A stretch of DNA of 63,930 nt, the filler included. It is 4 parts of 4 records of this genome, joined end to end, with 100 filler letters (N's around TTAATTAATTAA, not from the genome) between each part and the next. Parts side by side here need not be neighbours in the genome. Positions count along the whole stretch, not along the records: positions 1 to 28,698 come from DRR723986_9008; 3 more parts are not named here. The stretch is one strand, 5' to 3'. Each line of letters begins with the position of its first letter. Within the stretch, counting starts at the first letter, position 1. Shown in pieces: positions 17,033 to 28,103 of the stretch. Made by a program: the position numbers and the translations under genes. The notes under the pieces were generated by a model. That model did no database searches. It saw nothing but the letters and a program-made list of their open reading frames with translations, and was not told where the DNA came from.

Positions 17033-19369
17033 TCATTTGAATGCCGTGTTCCCGGCGTAGTCTTCGACGGCCACTTCGATCAGTTGGATCTGGCCGGTTT
17101 CGGGTGGCAGGCTGGCGCGGCAGATGCCTGCGCCGCTGTCGCAGCGCAAAAAGCCGTCCCGCTCCGCGCCGCCGATCTCAAGCAGATAAGTCGCAGATTT
17201 GCGCAGCCCGCTTGGGTCGGTTGCGACCACTTCGATGGTGATTGGCCCGGCGTTGCCCTCGGGGCGGGTCACTTCGGCGCGGGTGATCACGGGCGGGTCA
17301 ATGTCATAGACCGTTTGCAAGCGCACAGCAGTAACATTGCCAACAGCATCGGTTGCCAGAAGGTCAAAATCGTTGATGCCGGGTTGCAGTTCGGTTGCGA
17401 TATTGAATGTTCCGTCAGTAACCGCGATCGGCTGCCCATCAAGGGTCAGGTTGACCGCATCCCCAGCCGTGCCCGTGATCTCAAGGTCAGGATTATCCGT
17501 GGCCTTGGGCAATGGCAGATCAAGTTTGACTTGGGGTGGCATTTCATCGCGCAGGGCAAAGAAATCAGCGCGGCCTTCGGATTTGCCGTTGGGGGCAAAA
17601 ATCTCGATCTGGTAGCCTTGGATCTCGGAGGTGGCCGGGACGCTAAACGAGACTGCACCCTGCGGCCCTGTAACGGCCTGAACCACAACAGCGCCCGAAG
17701 CGTCTATGACAACAACCGGCGCGTCCGGTTGCGCGGTGGTCGCAGCGCGGACCACCAATTCATCAGACCGCGTGGCGAAAGCATCCCCTGCGCGGGGCAT
17801 CGCCGGATCAAAGGCGATCTCAACCGCAACAGCGGGGCGGTAAATGACGGTCTGACCAAGGTTGCTTTGGTTTCCGGCCAGATCTGTCGCATCAAGGCGC
17901 AGCAGGTTCTCGCCCACATTCAGGTTCACTTCGGTTTCAAAGCTGCCGTCCTTGTTCAACGTCAGCGGCGCACCGTTCAACAGGACTTTCGCCTCGGGCT
18001 CGGATGCACCAAACACAATGATCTTTGGTTCCTCGAATAGCGCCCCGTCACCGGGGGCAAGCAACGTCAGGAACGGCGGTGTGTTGTCCCGGCGCACGGT
18101 AAAGCCTGCGGGTTTGCTCCATTGTCCAGGCAGTCCCAATTGATCCAGCGCGGCAACCCGCCAGAAATAACGGGCAGGGGGCAGATCGGGCGTGGTAAAG
18201 GCAGTATCGGCGATGCCCCATTCGCTGACCTGCATTTCGTTAAACCCGGCGTCGCGGGCAACCTCGATCCAATAACCAGCAGCGCCATCAAAACCGCCCC
18301 AACCCAGATCAACCGCACTGGAATACAAGATTTCATTGTCGTCTGGCTTGCGAAGAACAGGGCTTTCCAACACATCGGCGGTCTGTGCGCCGTTTCGGTT
18401 CAGAACGACGCCTTCATTTTCGCCAATCACAATTGCGGTGTCGCCCTGTTTGACCTCAAGACTGGCCTCGTCATAGTTCACAAACTTGGCGCCGCTGCGG
18501 TCGTTCTTGACCCAGAAATCGGAACTGTCGGTTTTGGTTTCCACACCTGGAACGTCGATCTCGAAGGCAGTTTTGTCCGACAATTGGTTGAGAACCGCGT
18601 AAAAATCGCCATCAACCAGCGAGACCTTCGTCACTTCATCCCCGGTCAGCGGATCGGAACGCATACGCTGGATCGTGGCGTTGGAATTGGCGTTCAATCG
18701 CAGGCGCGACAGATCGCGAAAGGTGATCTGTGTCGTGCTGGCCGACAGGGTGCGGACGCGTTCAAATTCGATCAGAATGTCGTTGAGGCTGCGGCCGGAC
18801 CAGCGCGGCTCTGCCGGAGCGCGGCCCTGCACGTCGCCTTGAACATCGGACACAACCGCTTCGGCGGATCGGTCGCGTTGGGCAATCGCGATCTCAAGCG
18901 CCTCTTGCGCCAGCAGGGTGGCGATGTCGGACAGATCAATGACTTCGCCCCACTGATAGGTCTCACGCCGTTCCAGCGCGGTTTCGCGGCTGGCGACGGC
19001 ATTGCCGATCTGAACCGGCGCAAAAACCTGCGCACCCTCAGCCGTTGCCGTCTGGATGGTGTTAAGCGCCTCTTGCAGCGCTTCGTCTGCCGCGCGGACC
19101 TGTTTGACCGGCATCTTGAGCGTGTCGTTGGGCCGCAGATCGGTGGGCGTTGCGATCTCGTTCAGCTCAAGCACGTAGGGCCAAAGATCAGGATCACCCA
19201 AGTGCCGCCCGACAAAATCACGGATCGTGTCGGCAGAGGTGAATGTGATGTTTTCGAACTCAAGCGTTGCGCTGCGCGTTTGGCTCAAGGCTGGCTGAAC
19301 CGCCAGTCCTGATGCAAATGCACTGGCAAAAACAAGGCCGCGCAGAATATGTCGGACAGTACAAATCAA
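17033..19369 (-). CDS. Exported LysM-like + FecR + FN3 + Ig-like multidomain protein
   Basis: Signal peptide; LGDPDLWPYVLELN..LRPNDTLKMP (LysM-like); VRTLSASTTQITFRD..LVDGDF (FecR); YFWRVAALD..GQWS (FN3); D.xPP-started Ig repeats. Confidence 0.82.
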   Translation of the reverse strand: MICTVRHILRGLVFASAFASGLAVQPALSQTRSATLEFENITFTSADTIRDFVGRHLGDPDLWPYVLELNEIATPTDLRPNDTLKMPVKQVRAADEALQEALNTIQTATAEGAQVFAPVQIGNAVASRETALERRETYQWGEVIDLSDIATLLAQEALEIAIAQRDRSAEAVVSDVQGDVQGRAPAEPRWSGRSLNDILIEFERVRTLSASTTQITFRDLSRLRLNANSNATIQRMRSDPLTGDEVTKVSLVDGDFYAVLNQLSDKTAFEIDVPGVETKTDSSDFWVKNDRSGAKFVNYDEASLEVKQGDTAIVIGENEGVVLNRNGAQTADVLESPVLRKPDDNEILYSSAVDLGWGGFDGAAGYWIEVARDAGFNEMQVSEWGIADTAFTTPDLPPARYFWRVAALDQLGLPGQWSKPAGFTVRRDNTPPFLTLLAPGDGALFEEPKIIVFGASEPEAKVLLNGAPLTLNKDGSFETEVNLNVGENLLRLDATDLAGNQSNLGQTVIYRPAVAVEIAFDPAMPRAGDAFATRSDELVVRAATTAQPDAPVVVIDASGAVVVQAVTGPQGAVSFSVPATSEIQGYQIEIFAPNGKSEGRADFFALRDEMPPQVKLDLPLPKATDNPDLEITGTAGDAVNLTLDGQPIAVTDGTFNIATELQPGINDFDLLATDAVGNVTAVRLQTVYDIDPPVITRAEVTRPEGNAGPITIEVVATDPSGLRKSATYLLEIGGAERDGFLRCDSGAGICRASLPPETGQIQLIEVAVEDYAGNTAFK

Positions 19370-19669
19370 TATTGCCGCCCCCGAGGGATCAAAGAGAAGT
19401 GCCTTAAAATTGGCACAATTCTCTGGAGAAACCTCTGTTCAGGCAAGTTTATTCGTTAACAAATGAACTGTTTTGGTGCGCTATTGGCCCGGTAAGCCGC
19501 ATCAATCCGCCTGTTTTCTGGGGCATTGTCGCGTATCTGGCACCTATTTGCAGGTGGGCGCTGCAAGGCGAGCGATTTTGTAACCACCGGCTTTGCAGCG
19601 CTGGGGGTTATGATTCTCTTTGGACGTGCCGCGGTTCTGGATGTGGCCAAAAGCGCGGCACTGGCCGTC

Positions 19670-20728
19670 TTATTGGGCGTAAAGGCCGCCCGTAGTTGTG
19701 GCAAGGAAATCGGACAGTGAGATGTCCTCTTGCTTGAGGAACCCGCTGGCTGGCAATTTGCCGTCACGGACCATTTCGATGATCGCAACAACCGATCCTG
19801 CCGTTGTCCATGCGATGGCGGTGCGGGATTTGCCCGCCACATCAATCGGGCGATAGCCGCGCACAAATTCCTTGCGGGCCATCCGGCCGTCTTTGCTGCC
19901 TTCTGCCGCGACATGCACATAGACCACGTCGTCATCGACAGGTGGCTTTGCGTTCACAAGGATCTCGCCGGCCTCTTTGCGGCGCTCGCGCATCAGCAAT
20001 TCGTGGAAGAAAAAGTTCATCTGCGCGGCATGACCGGGATAGCGCATGGTTTTGTAATCAATGTTGGCGACCTTACCCAAATAGGTGTCACACATCGTGC
20101 CCAGCCCGCCCGAGGTGGTAAAGGCCTCAAGCTTGACCCCGTCGATGTAAATATCTTCGAGCCATTCCATCGCCGAGACCCATTTGATCTCACCATCCTC
20201 GATTACTTCGCAGTCGTTCAGGTATTCGTTGACCACACCCTCCGGTGACCAGTTGAAGGCATAACCCATCAGGCCGGTGGGGTTTTGCGGCAGAGCGCCA
20301 ACCCGCATCTTGCAGCTGCGGCACTCATCCAGCGATGCGATCAGATCTGCACCAACGATTCCGATAAATCCGGGGGCCAGACCACATTGCGGGGCCATTA
20401 ATCCCTTTGAGGTTTTGCTGAGTTCGATGATGGTCTTGGTTGTCGGCACATCCTCGGTCAGATCAAAGTAGTGGATGCCTGCATCATGCGCGATCTGCGC
20501 CAGTTGGATGTTCAGGTGAAACGGCAGACAGGACAGCACGGCATCTTGTTGCGCAAATTCTGCGGCCACATCGCCGGTCTGGCTCAGATCCATGGATTTT
20601 ACGGTGAAGGGCAGCGACGTGGCGGGCTGCGCCATGTCCACGCCGGTGACCTCAAACCCTGAATTATGCAGCAACTCCGCTGCCAATGTGCCAACTTTCC
20701 CAAGCCCAAGAACCGCAATCTTTTTCAT
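19670..20728 (-). CDS. Saccharopine dehydrogenase family / lysine 6-dehydrogenase-like
   Basis: Motifs GLGKVG, HYFDLTED, PQCGLAPG, LEAFTTSGG and YKTMRYPGH. Confidence 0.85.
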   Translation of the reverse strand: MKKIAVLGLGKVGTLAAELLHNSGFEVTGVDMAQPATSLPFTVKSMDLSQTGDVAAEFAQQDAVLSCLPFHLNIQLAQIAHDAGIHYFDLTEDVPTTKTIIELSKTSKGLMAPQCGLAPGFIGIVGADLIASLDECRSCKMRVGALPQNPTGLMGYAFNWSPEGVVNEYLNDCEVIEDGEIKWVSAMEWLEDIYIDGVKLEAFTTSGGLGTMCDTYLGKVANIDYKTMRYPGHAAQMNFFFHELLMRERRKEAGEILVNAKPPVDDDVVYVHVAAEGSKDGRMARKEFVRGYRPIDVAGKSRTAIAWTTAGSVVAIIEMVRDGKLPASGFLKQEDISLSDFLATTTGGLYAQ

Positions 20729-20860
20729 AGCCAACCCTCAATCATAGCCGTTGCGAAAAGGCAGGTTCGGCACGTCGAATAGGTGCGTCCCGCCATTTCA
20801 GATTGCAGCCACCTAATGCGCCCCGGTGGGCAGTTACAATCGCTTGATACTCATCCACTC

Positions 20861-20875
20861 ATGAATAATATTCAT
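20861..20875. promoter_or_regulatory. LysR-type recognition site (T-N11-A dyad)
   Basis: ATGAATA-A-TATTCAT palindrome between the divergent dehydrogenase and LysR genes. Confidence 0.6.
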
Positions 20876-20939
20876 ATCTTACCCTGCCGGACCCCGGTAT
20901 GGGTGAATATGACCGCATCTTGAGGCAGGAATACCCACA

Positions 20940-21863
20940 ATGTCAGAATACCAAAGGCGTTACCTGCCGTCCCATGCTGTTTTGCGCAGTTTTGAATCCG
21001 CCGCGCGACATCAAAGCTTTACGCTGGCGGCTGCGGAGCTGCATCTGACGCAAAGCGCGATCAGCCGTCAGGTGAAAGAGTTGGAGAACACGGTTGGCAC
21101 CGCATTGTTCCGCCGTGTCGGTCGCGGGGTGGTTTTGACCGCGGCGGGGCAAAATCTGGCGGATGGACTGGCCGTTGATCTGGAGAATATGCACCGTACC
21201 ATTATGCGGGCAGTGTCGGCGGGCAAGATGGGCGCGGCCATTCGTGTTGCCACACTGCCGGCCTTTGCCAGCCGCTTTATGATCCCGCGATTGCCTGCAT
21301 TCTTTGAGCGTTACCCGAACATCGAGGTCAGCCTGTCCACGCGGCTTGAACCTTTTGACATGTCGGAAGGACGGTTTGATCTGGCCGTGCATTTTGGCAA
21401 GGCCGATTGGCCCGGTGCGGACCTGCGCTATCTGTGCAGCGAGACTTTGATCCCCGTTGCCTCGCCCGCGTTTATTGAAAAGCACGGGTTCAAGGGACCG
21501 CAAGACCTTGGCGCGGTTCCGCTGTTGCATCTGGCGACCCGTCCCTTTGCCTGGCAGGAGTATCTGGAAGATCTTGAGATTGATCGGCCAGTGGCGATGT
21601 CGGGCAAATATTTTGATCAGTTCCTGATGATCATCGCGGCGGCAACTGCGTCGTTGGGGGTGGGGCTGATCCCTGACTATTTGATCGAACAGGAATTGCA
21701 AAGCGGCGCTTTGGTGCCATTGATCGAGGGCGGGATGACCACCAACAACAGCTACTATTTGGTGACACCGCAGAACCAGAACAATGCGCATGTGAACAGA
21801 TTGTGTGATTGGTTAGCCGATTGTGTTTCTGACCGAGAAGAGCAGAGCAAAGCATCAGGGTGA
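20940..21863 (+). CDS. LysR family transcriptional regulator (GcvA-like)
   Basis: HTH FESAARHQSFTLAAAELHLTQSAISRQVKELE. Confidence 0.93.
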   Translation: MSEYQRRYLPSHAVLRSFESAARHQSFTLAAAELHLTQSAISRQVKELENTVGTALFRRVGRGVVLTAAGQNLADGLAVDLENMHRTIMRAVSAGKMGAAIRVATLPAFASRFMIPRLPAFFERYPNIEVSLSTRLEPFDMSEGRFDLAVHFGKADWPGADLRYLCSETLIPVASPAFIEKHGFKGPQDLGAVPLLHLATRPFAWQEYLEDLEIDRPVAMSGKYFDQFLMIIAAATASLGVGLIPDYLIEQELQSGALVPLIEGGMTTNNSYYLVTPQNQNNAHVNRLCDWLADCVSDREEQSKASG

Positions 21864-22015
21864 CCCAACGTTAAAGGCGGATAATCTCAGTAATGCTTTG
21901 TAAATAAAGATTAATTAACTACTAACAATTTAGTTTGACAGATTTGTATTTCTGGCATTAGCGTAGAGGCAAGCCGGCATGTTCCGGCTCACAAAATACT
22001 TTGGGAGGAGACAAG

Positions 22016-23749
<1,734 letters not shown>

Positions 23750-23855
23750 ACCAAGTGTTGGCCCCTTCACGGGGCCAGCGTTGGCCGAAGTTTCCTCTCT
23801 GGGCTTCGGCCTTTTCTGACGCCGCGCTTTCGGGCGCAACTCCGGGCTGAACGAC

Positions 23856-24917
23856 ATGACAATCCAACTGCGCGCCGCGACCAAAGTGGTCAGGGGCATC
23901 ACTCATATCAAACCCACCACACTCACGCTGGAGGCGGGGCATTTTAATGTGCTGCTGGGGCAGACCGGATCGGGCAAGACCTCCTTGATCAAGTTGATGG
24001 CGGGGCTTGATCCGCTGGGCGCAGGCGAGATCCACATGGACGGCGAAGATGTGTCAAAGCTGTCCACGCAAAAGCGCAACATCAGCCTCGTGCATCAGTT
24101 CTTTGTGAACTATCCGCATATGACGGTTTTTGAAAATATCGCCTCCCCCTTGCGGGTTGCAGGCATGGCCAAATCCGAAATCACCGGGCGTGTGGAAGAA
24201 GCCGCCGACATCCTGCAATTGCGGCCCATGCTGAACCGCCGCCCGCAAGAGCTGTCGGGCGGGCAGCAGCAACGCTGTGCGCTGGCCCGTGCGATTGCCA
24301 AGGAAAGCCGCGCGGTGTTTCTGGACGAGCCTTTGGCCAACCTTGATTACAAACTGCGCGAGGAACTGCGCGAACAGCTGCCCGAGCTTTTTGCAGGGCG
24401 CGGCGCGGTTGTGGTTTATGCCACCTCCGAGCCTGAAGAGGCGCTGTTGCTGGGCGGCAAAACCGCGCTTTTGGACGATGGTGTGGTCACCCAATTCGGC
24501 ACCACGGCAGAGATTTATCGCAGGCCGGAAAACCTGACCGCGGCGCGGGTGTTTTCCGACCCGCCGATCAATTCGGCCCAGATCGTCAAGGCGGGCACCA
24601 CGGCCAAGATGCAAAACGGGATCAGCTGGACCATGGGCGGATCGGCGGCAGAATTGCTTGATGGGCCATATGTCGTCGCCGTGCGCCCGCATCACGTCAC
24701 GCCAGTTGCCTCGGGCAGCACCGTGGCGATGGATGGCACGGTGCTGGTCACGGAATTGTCCGGCTCAGAATCCAGCGCCCATTTTGAGGTGGGTCAGGAT
24801 GCATGGGTGTCTTTGGCGCATGGGGTGCATCCCTACAACGTGGGCGAAAGCCACCGGTTTTACATGGACACGACACAGGCATTCTATTTTGCCCCTGACG
24901 GGAGGCTCGTTGCCTGA
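23856..24917 (+). CDS. glpS: ABC ATP-binding subunit
   Basis: GQTGSGKT, LSGGQQQR and VFLDEP present; YATSEP lacks the switch His. Confidence 0.8.
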   Translation: MTIQLRAATKVVRGITHIKPTTLTLEAGHFNVLLGQTGSGKTSLIKLMAGLDPLGAGEIHMDGEDVSKLSTQKRNISLVHQFFVNYPHMTVFENIASPLRVAGMAKSEITGRVEEAADILQLRPMLNRRPQELSGGQQQRCALARAIAKESRAVFLDEPLANLDYKLREELREQLPELFAGRGAVVVYATSEPEEALLLGGKTALLDDGVVTQFGTTAEIYRRPENLTAARVFSDPPINSAQIVKAGTTAKMQNGISWTMGGSAAELLDGPYVVAVRPHHVTPVASGSTVAMDGTVLVTELSGSESSAHFEVGQDAWVSLAHGVHPYNVGESHRFYMDTTQAFYFAPDGRLVA

Positions 24918-25990
24918 TGGCCAAAATCACCCTTGCCAACCTGCGCCATTCCTACATGCCCAACCCCAAAGGGCCGGAGGATTTTGCGCTCAAAAAGATC
25001 GACCTCGATTGGCAGGACGGCGGTGCCTACGCGCTGTTGGGTCCGTCAGGTTGCGGCAAATCCACTTTGTTGAACATCATTTCCGGCCTGCTGGCGCCGT
25101 CCGAAGGGCGCATCTTGTTTGACGGCAAAGATGTCACCGACTTGCCGCCCGATCAGCGCAACATCGCGCAGGTGTTCCAGTTTCCGGTGATCTACGACAC
25201 GATGACGGTGCGCGAAAATCTGGCGTTTCCGCTGCGCAATCGCGGGGTGGCAGAGACCAAGATCGTTGAGCGTGTGGCCGAGATCGCGGCAATGCTCGAA
25301 GTCGGAGAGATGCTCGATACCCGCGCCTCGCATTTGTCACCGGACAACAAACAAAAGATCTCAATGGGGCGCGGATTGGTGCGCGACGATGTGAATGTGG
25401 TGATGTTTGATGAGCCGCTGACGGTGATTGATCCGCATCTGAAATGGAAATTGCGCTCCAAGCTCAAGGAACTGCATCAACGGGTCCGTGCGACGATGAT
25501 TTATGTGACCCATGACCAGACCGAGGCGTTGACCTTTGCCGATCAGGTGGTGGTGATGCAGGATGGTGAGATCGTACAAATCGGCACACCTGTCGAACTC
25601 TTTGAGCGCCCGCAACATACCTTTGTCGGCCATTTTATCGGATCGCCAGGCATGAACGTGCTGCCCGCAGACGAAGGGCAGGGCGGCGTCACGGTTGAGG
25701 GCCATCCGATCACGCTGGAGGGTAAGATCAAAGGCAGTGGCGGTGCGGCGCAGGTCGGCATCCGGCCCGAGTTTGTCTCGCTTGCCAAGACAGGCCTGCC
25801 GGGCCGTGTGCGCAAAGTGTCAGACATTGGCCGGCATTCCGTGCTGGAGGCGATGGTGGGCGACACCTCGATCAAGGCCGTGATCGACGGTCCGGTGCCC
25901 GCACAAGGCGAGGCCGTGCATCTGGCCTTTCGTGCCGATCAAACCCGGCTGTATCGCGACGGCTGGATCGCAACGGAGGTGGGCGCATGA
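24917..25990 (+). CDS. glpT: ABC ATP-binding subunit
   Basis: GPSGCGKS, degenerate signature LSPDNKQK, MFDEP and YVTHDQ. Confidence 0.8.
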   Translation: MAKITLANLRHSYMPNPKGPEDFALKKIDLDWQDGGAYALLGPSGCGKSTLLNIISGLLAPSEGRILFDGKDVTDLPPDQRNIAQVFQFPVIYDTMTVRENLAFPLRNRGVAETKIVERVAEIAAMLEVGEMLDTRASHLSPDNKQKISMGRGLVRDDVNVVMFDEPLTVIDPHLKWKLRSKLKELHQRVRATMIYVTHDQTEALTFADQVVVMQDGEIVQIGTPVELFERPQHTFVGHFIGSPGMNVLPADEGQGGVTVEGHPITLEGKIKGSGGAAQVGIRPEFVSLAKTGLPGRVRKVSDIGRHSVLEAMVGDTSIKAVIDGPVPAQGEAVHLAFRADQTRLYRDGWIATEVGA

Positions 25991-26850
25991 AAACCGAAAA
26001 TCAAAAGGCGTGGTTCTTTGTTCTGCCGGTCCTGCTGCTGGTGGCGTTCAACGCGCTGGTGCCGATCATGACAGTGGTCAATTATTCGGTGCAGGAAACC
26101 TTTGGAAATAACGTGTTCTTTTGGCAGGGGCTCGACTGGTTTGAACAGATCTTGCGGTCTGACCGGTTTCAGGCGGCCTTGGGGCGGCAGTTTCTGTTTA
26201 CCTTCCTGATCCTGATCATCGAGGTGCCGCTGGGTATCATCATTGCCCTGTCGATGCCGCGCAACGGGTTCTGGGTGCCGGTGTGCCTTGTCACCATGGC
26301 GCTGCCGATGTTGATTCCGTGGAATGTTGTGGGTGCGATGTGGAATATCTTCACGCTGCCGGACATCGGTCTGCTTGGTTATCTGATGAACCATACGCTC
26401 GGCATTCCATATGACATGACGCAAAACCCCTTTGCGGCTTGGGTCACAATCATCACGATGGACGTCTGGCATTGGACCTCGCTTGTGGTGCTACTGTCCT
26501 ATGCCGGTTTGGTGTCGATCCCGGACGCCTATTATCAGGCGGCCAAAATCGACGGTGCCAGCGCGTGGAAAGTCTTTCGTTTCATTCAGCTGCCCAAGCT
26601 GAAGACTGTACTGACCATCGCCATTCTGCTGCGGTTTATGGACAGCTTTAACATCTACACCGAACCCTTTGTTCTGACCGGCGGCGGGCCGGGCAATTCG
26701 ACGACCTTGCTGTCGATTGATCTGGTGAAAATTGCCCTGGGCCAGTTTGACCTTGGGCCGGCGGCGGCAATGTCGCTGATCTATTTTGCCATCACGCTTT
26801 TGGTGAGCTGGCTGTTCTACACTTTGATGACAAAGGACGACGCGCAATGA
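25987..26850 (+). CDS. glpP: Carbohydrate ABC permease
   Basis: EAA-like loop YQAAKIDGAS; LTGGGPG motif. Confidence 0.82.
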   Translation: MKTENQKAWFFVLPVLLLVAFNALVPIMTVVNYSVQETFGNNVFFWQGLDWFEQILRSDRFQAALGRQFLFTFLILIIEVPLGIIIALSMPRNGFWVPVCLVTMALPMLIPWNVVGAMWNIFTLPDIGLLGYLMNHTLGIPYDMTQNPFAAWVTIITMDVWHWTSLVVLLSYAGLVSIPDAYYQAAKIDGASAWKVFRFIQLPKLKTVLTIAILLRFMDSFNIYTEPFVLTGGGPGNSTTLLSIDLVKIALGQFDLGPAAAMSLIYFAITLLVSWLFYTLMTKDDAQ

Positions 26851-27644
26851 GAAAACGGTCCCTCATTCCGATCCTCTATATCCTGTTTCTGATGTTGCCG
26901 ATCTATTGGCTCATCGCGATGAGCTTCAAGACAACGGGTGAGATCCTCTCGGGGTTCAGCCTGTTTCCCCAGACCTTCACGCTTGAGAACTACAAGGTGA
27001 TCTTTACCGATCCGACGTGGTACTGGGGCTATATCAACTCGATCATCTATGTGTCGTTGAACACGGTCATATCCGTCGCTGTTGCCCTGCCTGCCGCCTA
27101 TGCATTTTCGCGGTATCGCTTCCTTGGGGACAAGCAATTGTTCTTCTGGCTGCTGACCAACAGGATGGCACCGGCTGCGGTTTTTGCCCTGCCGTTTTTT
27201 CAGCTGTATTCATCGGTCGGGTTGTTTGACACGCATCTCGCCGTAGCCTTGGCGCATTGTCTGTTCAACATCCCGCTGGCGGTTTGGATTCTCGAAGGGT
27301 TCATGGGCGGGGTGCCAAAGGAGTTGGACGAAACCGCCTATGTGGATGGCTATTCATTCCCGCGGTTTTTCGTGAAGATCTTTCTGCCGACGATCAAAGC
27401 GGGTGTGGGCGTTGCGGCGTTCTTTTGCTTCATGTTCTCGTGGGTTGAGTTGTTGTTGGCCAAAACGCTGACAGCCGTGGCAGCCAAACCGATTGCCGCC
27501 ACCATGACCAAGACGGCATCTTCTGCGGGGTACGAGCTGGGCCTGCTGGCGGCGGCGGGGACGCTCACCATCATTCCCGGCGCCATCGTGATCTACTTTG
27601 TCCGCAACTACATCGCCAAGGGTTTTGCCCTGGGGAGGGTTTGA
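26847..27644 (+). CDS. glpQ: Carbohydrate ABC permease
   Basis: ELDETAYVDG EAA-like loop; C-terminal YIAKGFALGRV. Confidence 0.82.
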   Translation: MRKRSLIPILYILFLMLPIYWLIAMSFKTTGEILSGFSLFPQTFTLENYKVIFTDPTWYWGYINSIIYVSLNTVISVAVALPAAYAFSRYRFLGDKQLFFWLLTNRMAPAAVFALPFFQLYSSVGLFDTHLAVALAHCLFNIPLAVWILEGFMGGVPKELDETAYVDGYSFPRFFVKIFLPTIKAGVGVAAFFCFMFSWVELLLAKTLTAVAAKPIAATMTKTASSAGYELGLLAAAGTLTIIPGAIVIYFVRNYIAKGFALGRV

Positions 27645-28045
27645 TGCAGCGTCTTTCAATCACACTTGCCGCCCTTCTTTTGGCTGCGCCTGTTTGGGCG
27701 CAGGGTTGGGGCAATGTCGCCAAAAAGGAAGAGGAAAAGGGATTCTCCTGGACTGATCCCCTGTGGCCGGAGTTCTGGATGGCATGGACGCCCGCGACAT
27801 TCCTGCTGTTCTGCGGGATCTTTTCTGGGATGGCGATCATCACCGTGCTGGAGATCCGTCGTCCGGGCGGGGATGAACGGCGCGGTGTGCTTGGCCTGAC
27901 CACAACGCGCGGAGATCGCTTGTTTATCTCGCTTTTGGGAACGGCCTACATCTTTCTCGCTTGGCTTGGCATCGTGGGCCAGCCGCTGTGGTGGCCATTG
28001 GCAATTTCGATCGCTTGGGCGGTGTTCTGTTTCCGGAAGGTTTAG
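27641..28045 (+). CDS. glpU: DUF2160-like small membrane protein of glycerol ABC clusters
   Basis: WMAWT...RRGVLGLTTTRGDRLFISLLG motif. Confidence 0.72.
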   Translation: MMQRLSITLAALLLAAPVWAQGWGNVAKKEEEKGFSWTDPLWPEFWMAWTPATFLLFCGIFSGMAIITVLEIRRPGGDERRGVLGLTTTRGDRLFISLLGTAYIFLAWLGIVGQPLWWPLAISIAWAVFCFRKV

Positions 28046-28059
28046 AATTCGCTTTGGAT

Positions 28060-28075
28060 TACGAAAAACTTAGTA
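28060..28075. promoter_or_regulatory. Candidate BlaI-type operator
   Basis: Imperfect dyad TACGA-N6-TAGTA directly upstream of the BlaI gene. Confidence 0.45.
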
Positions 28076-28103
28076 TTTACTCTGGCAATGTAACGAGTGA
28101 GCA

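Noticed and set aside
19538-19552. Sigma54-like TGGCAC..TTGCA
   Set aside because: GG-to-GC spacing is 9 nt instead of the strict 10, and it points away from the operon.
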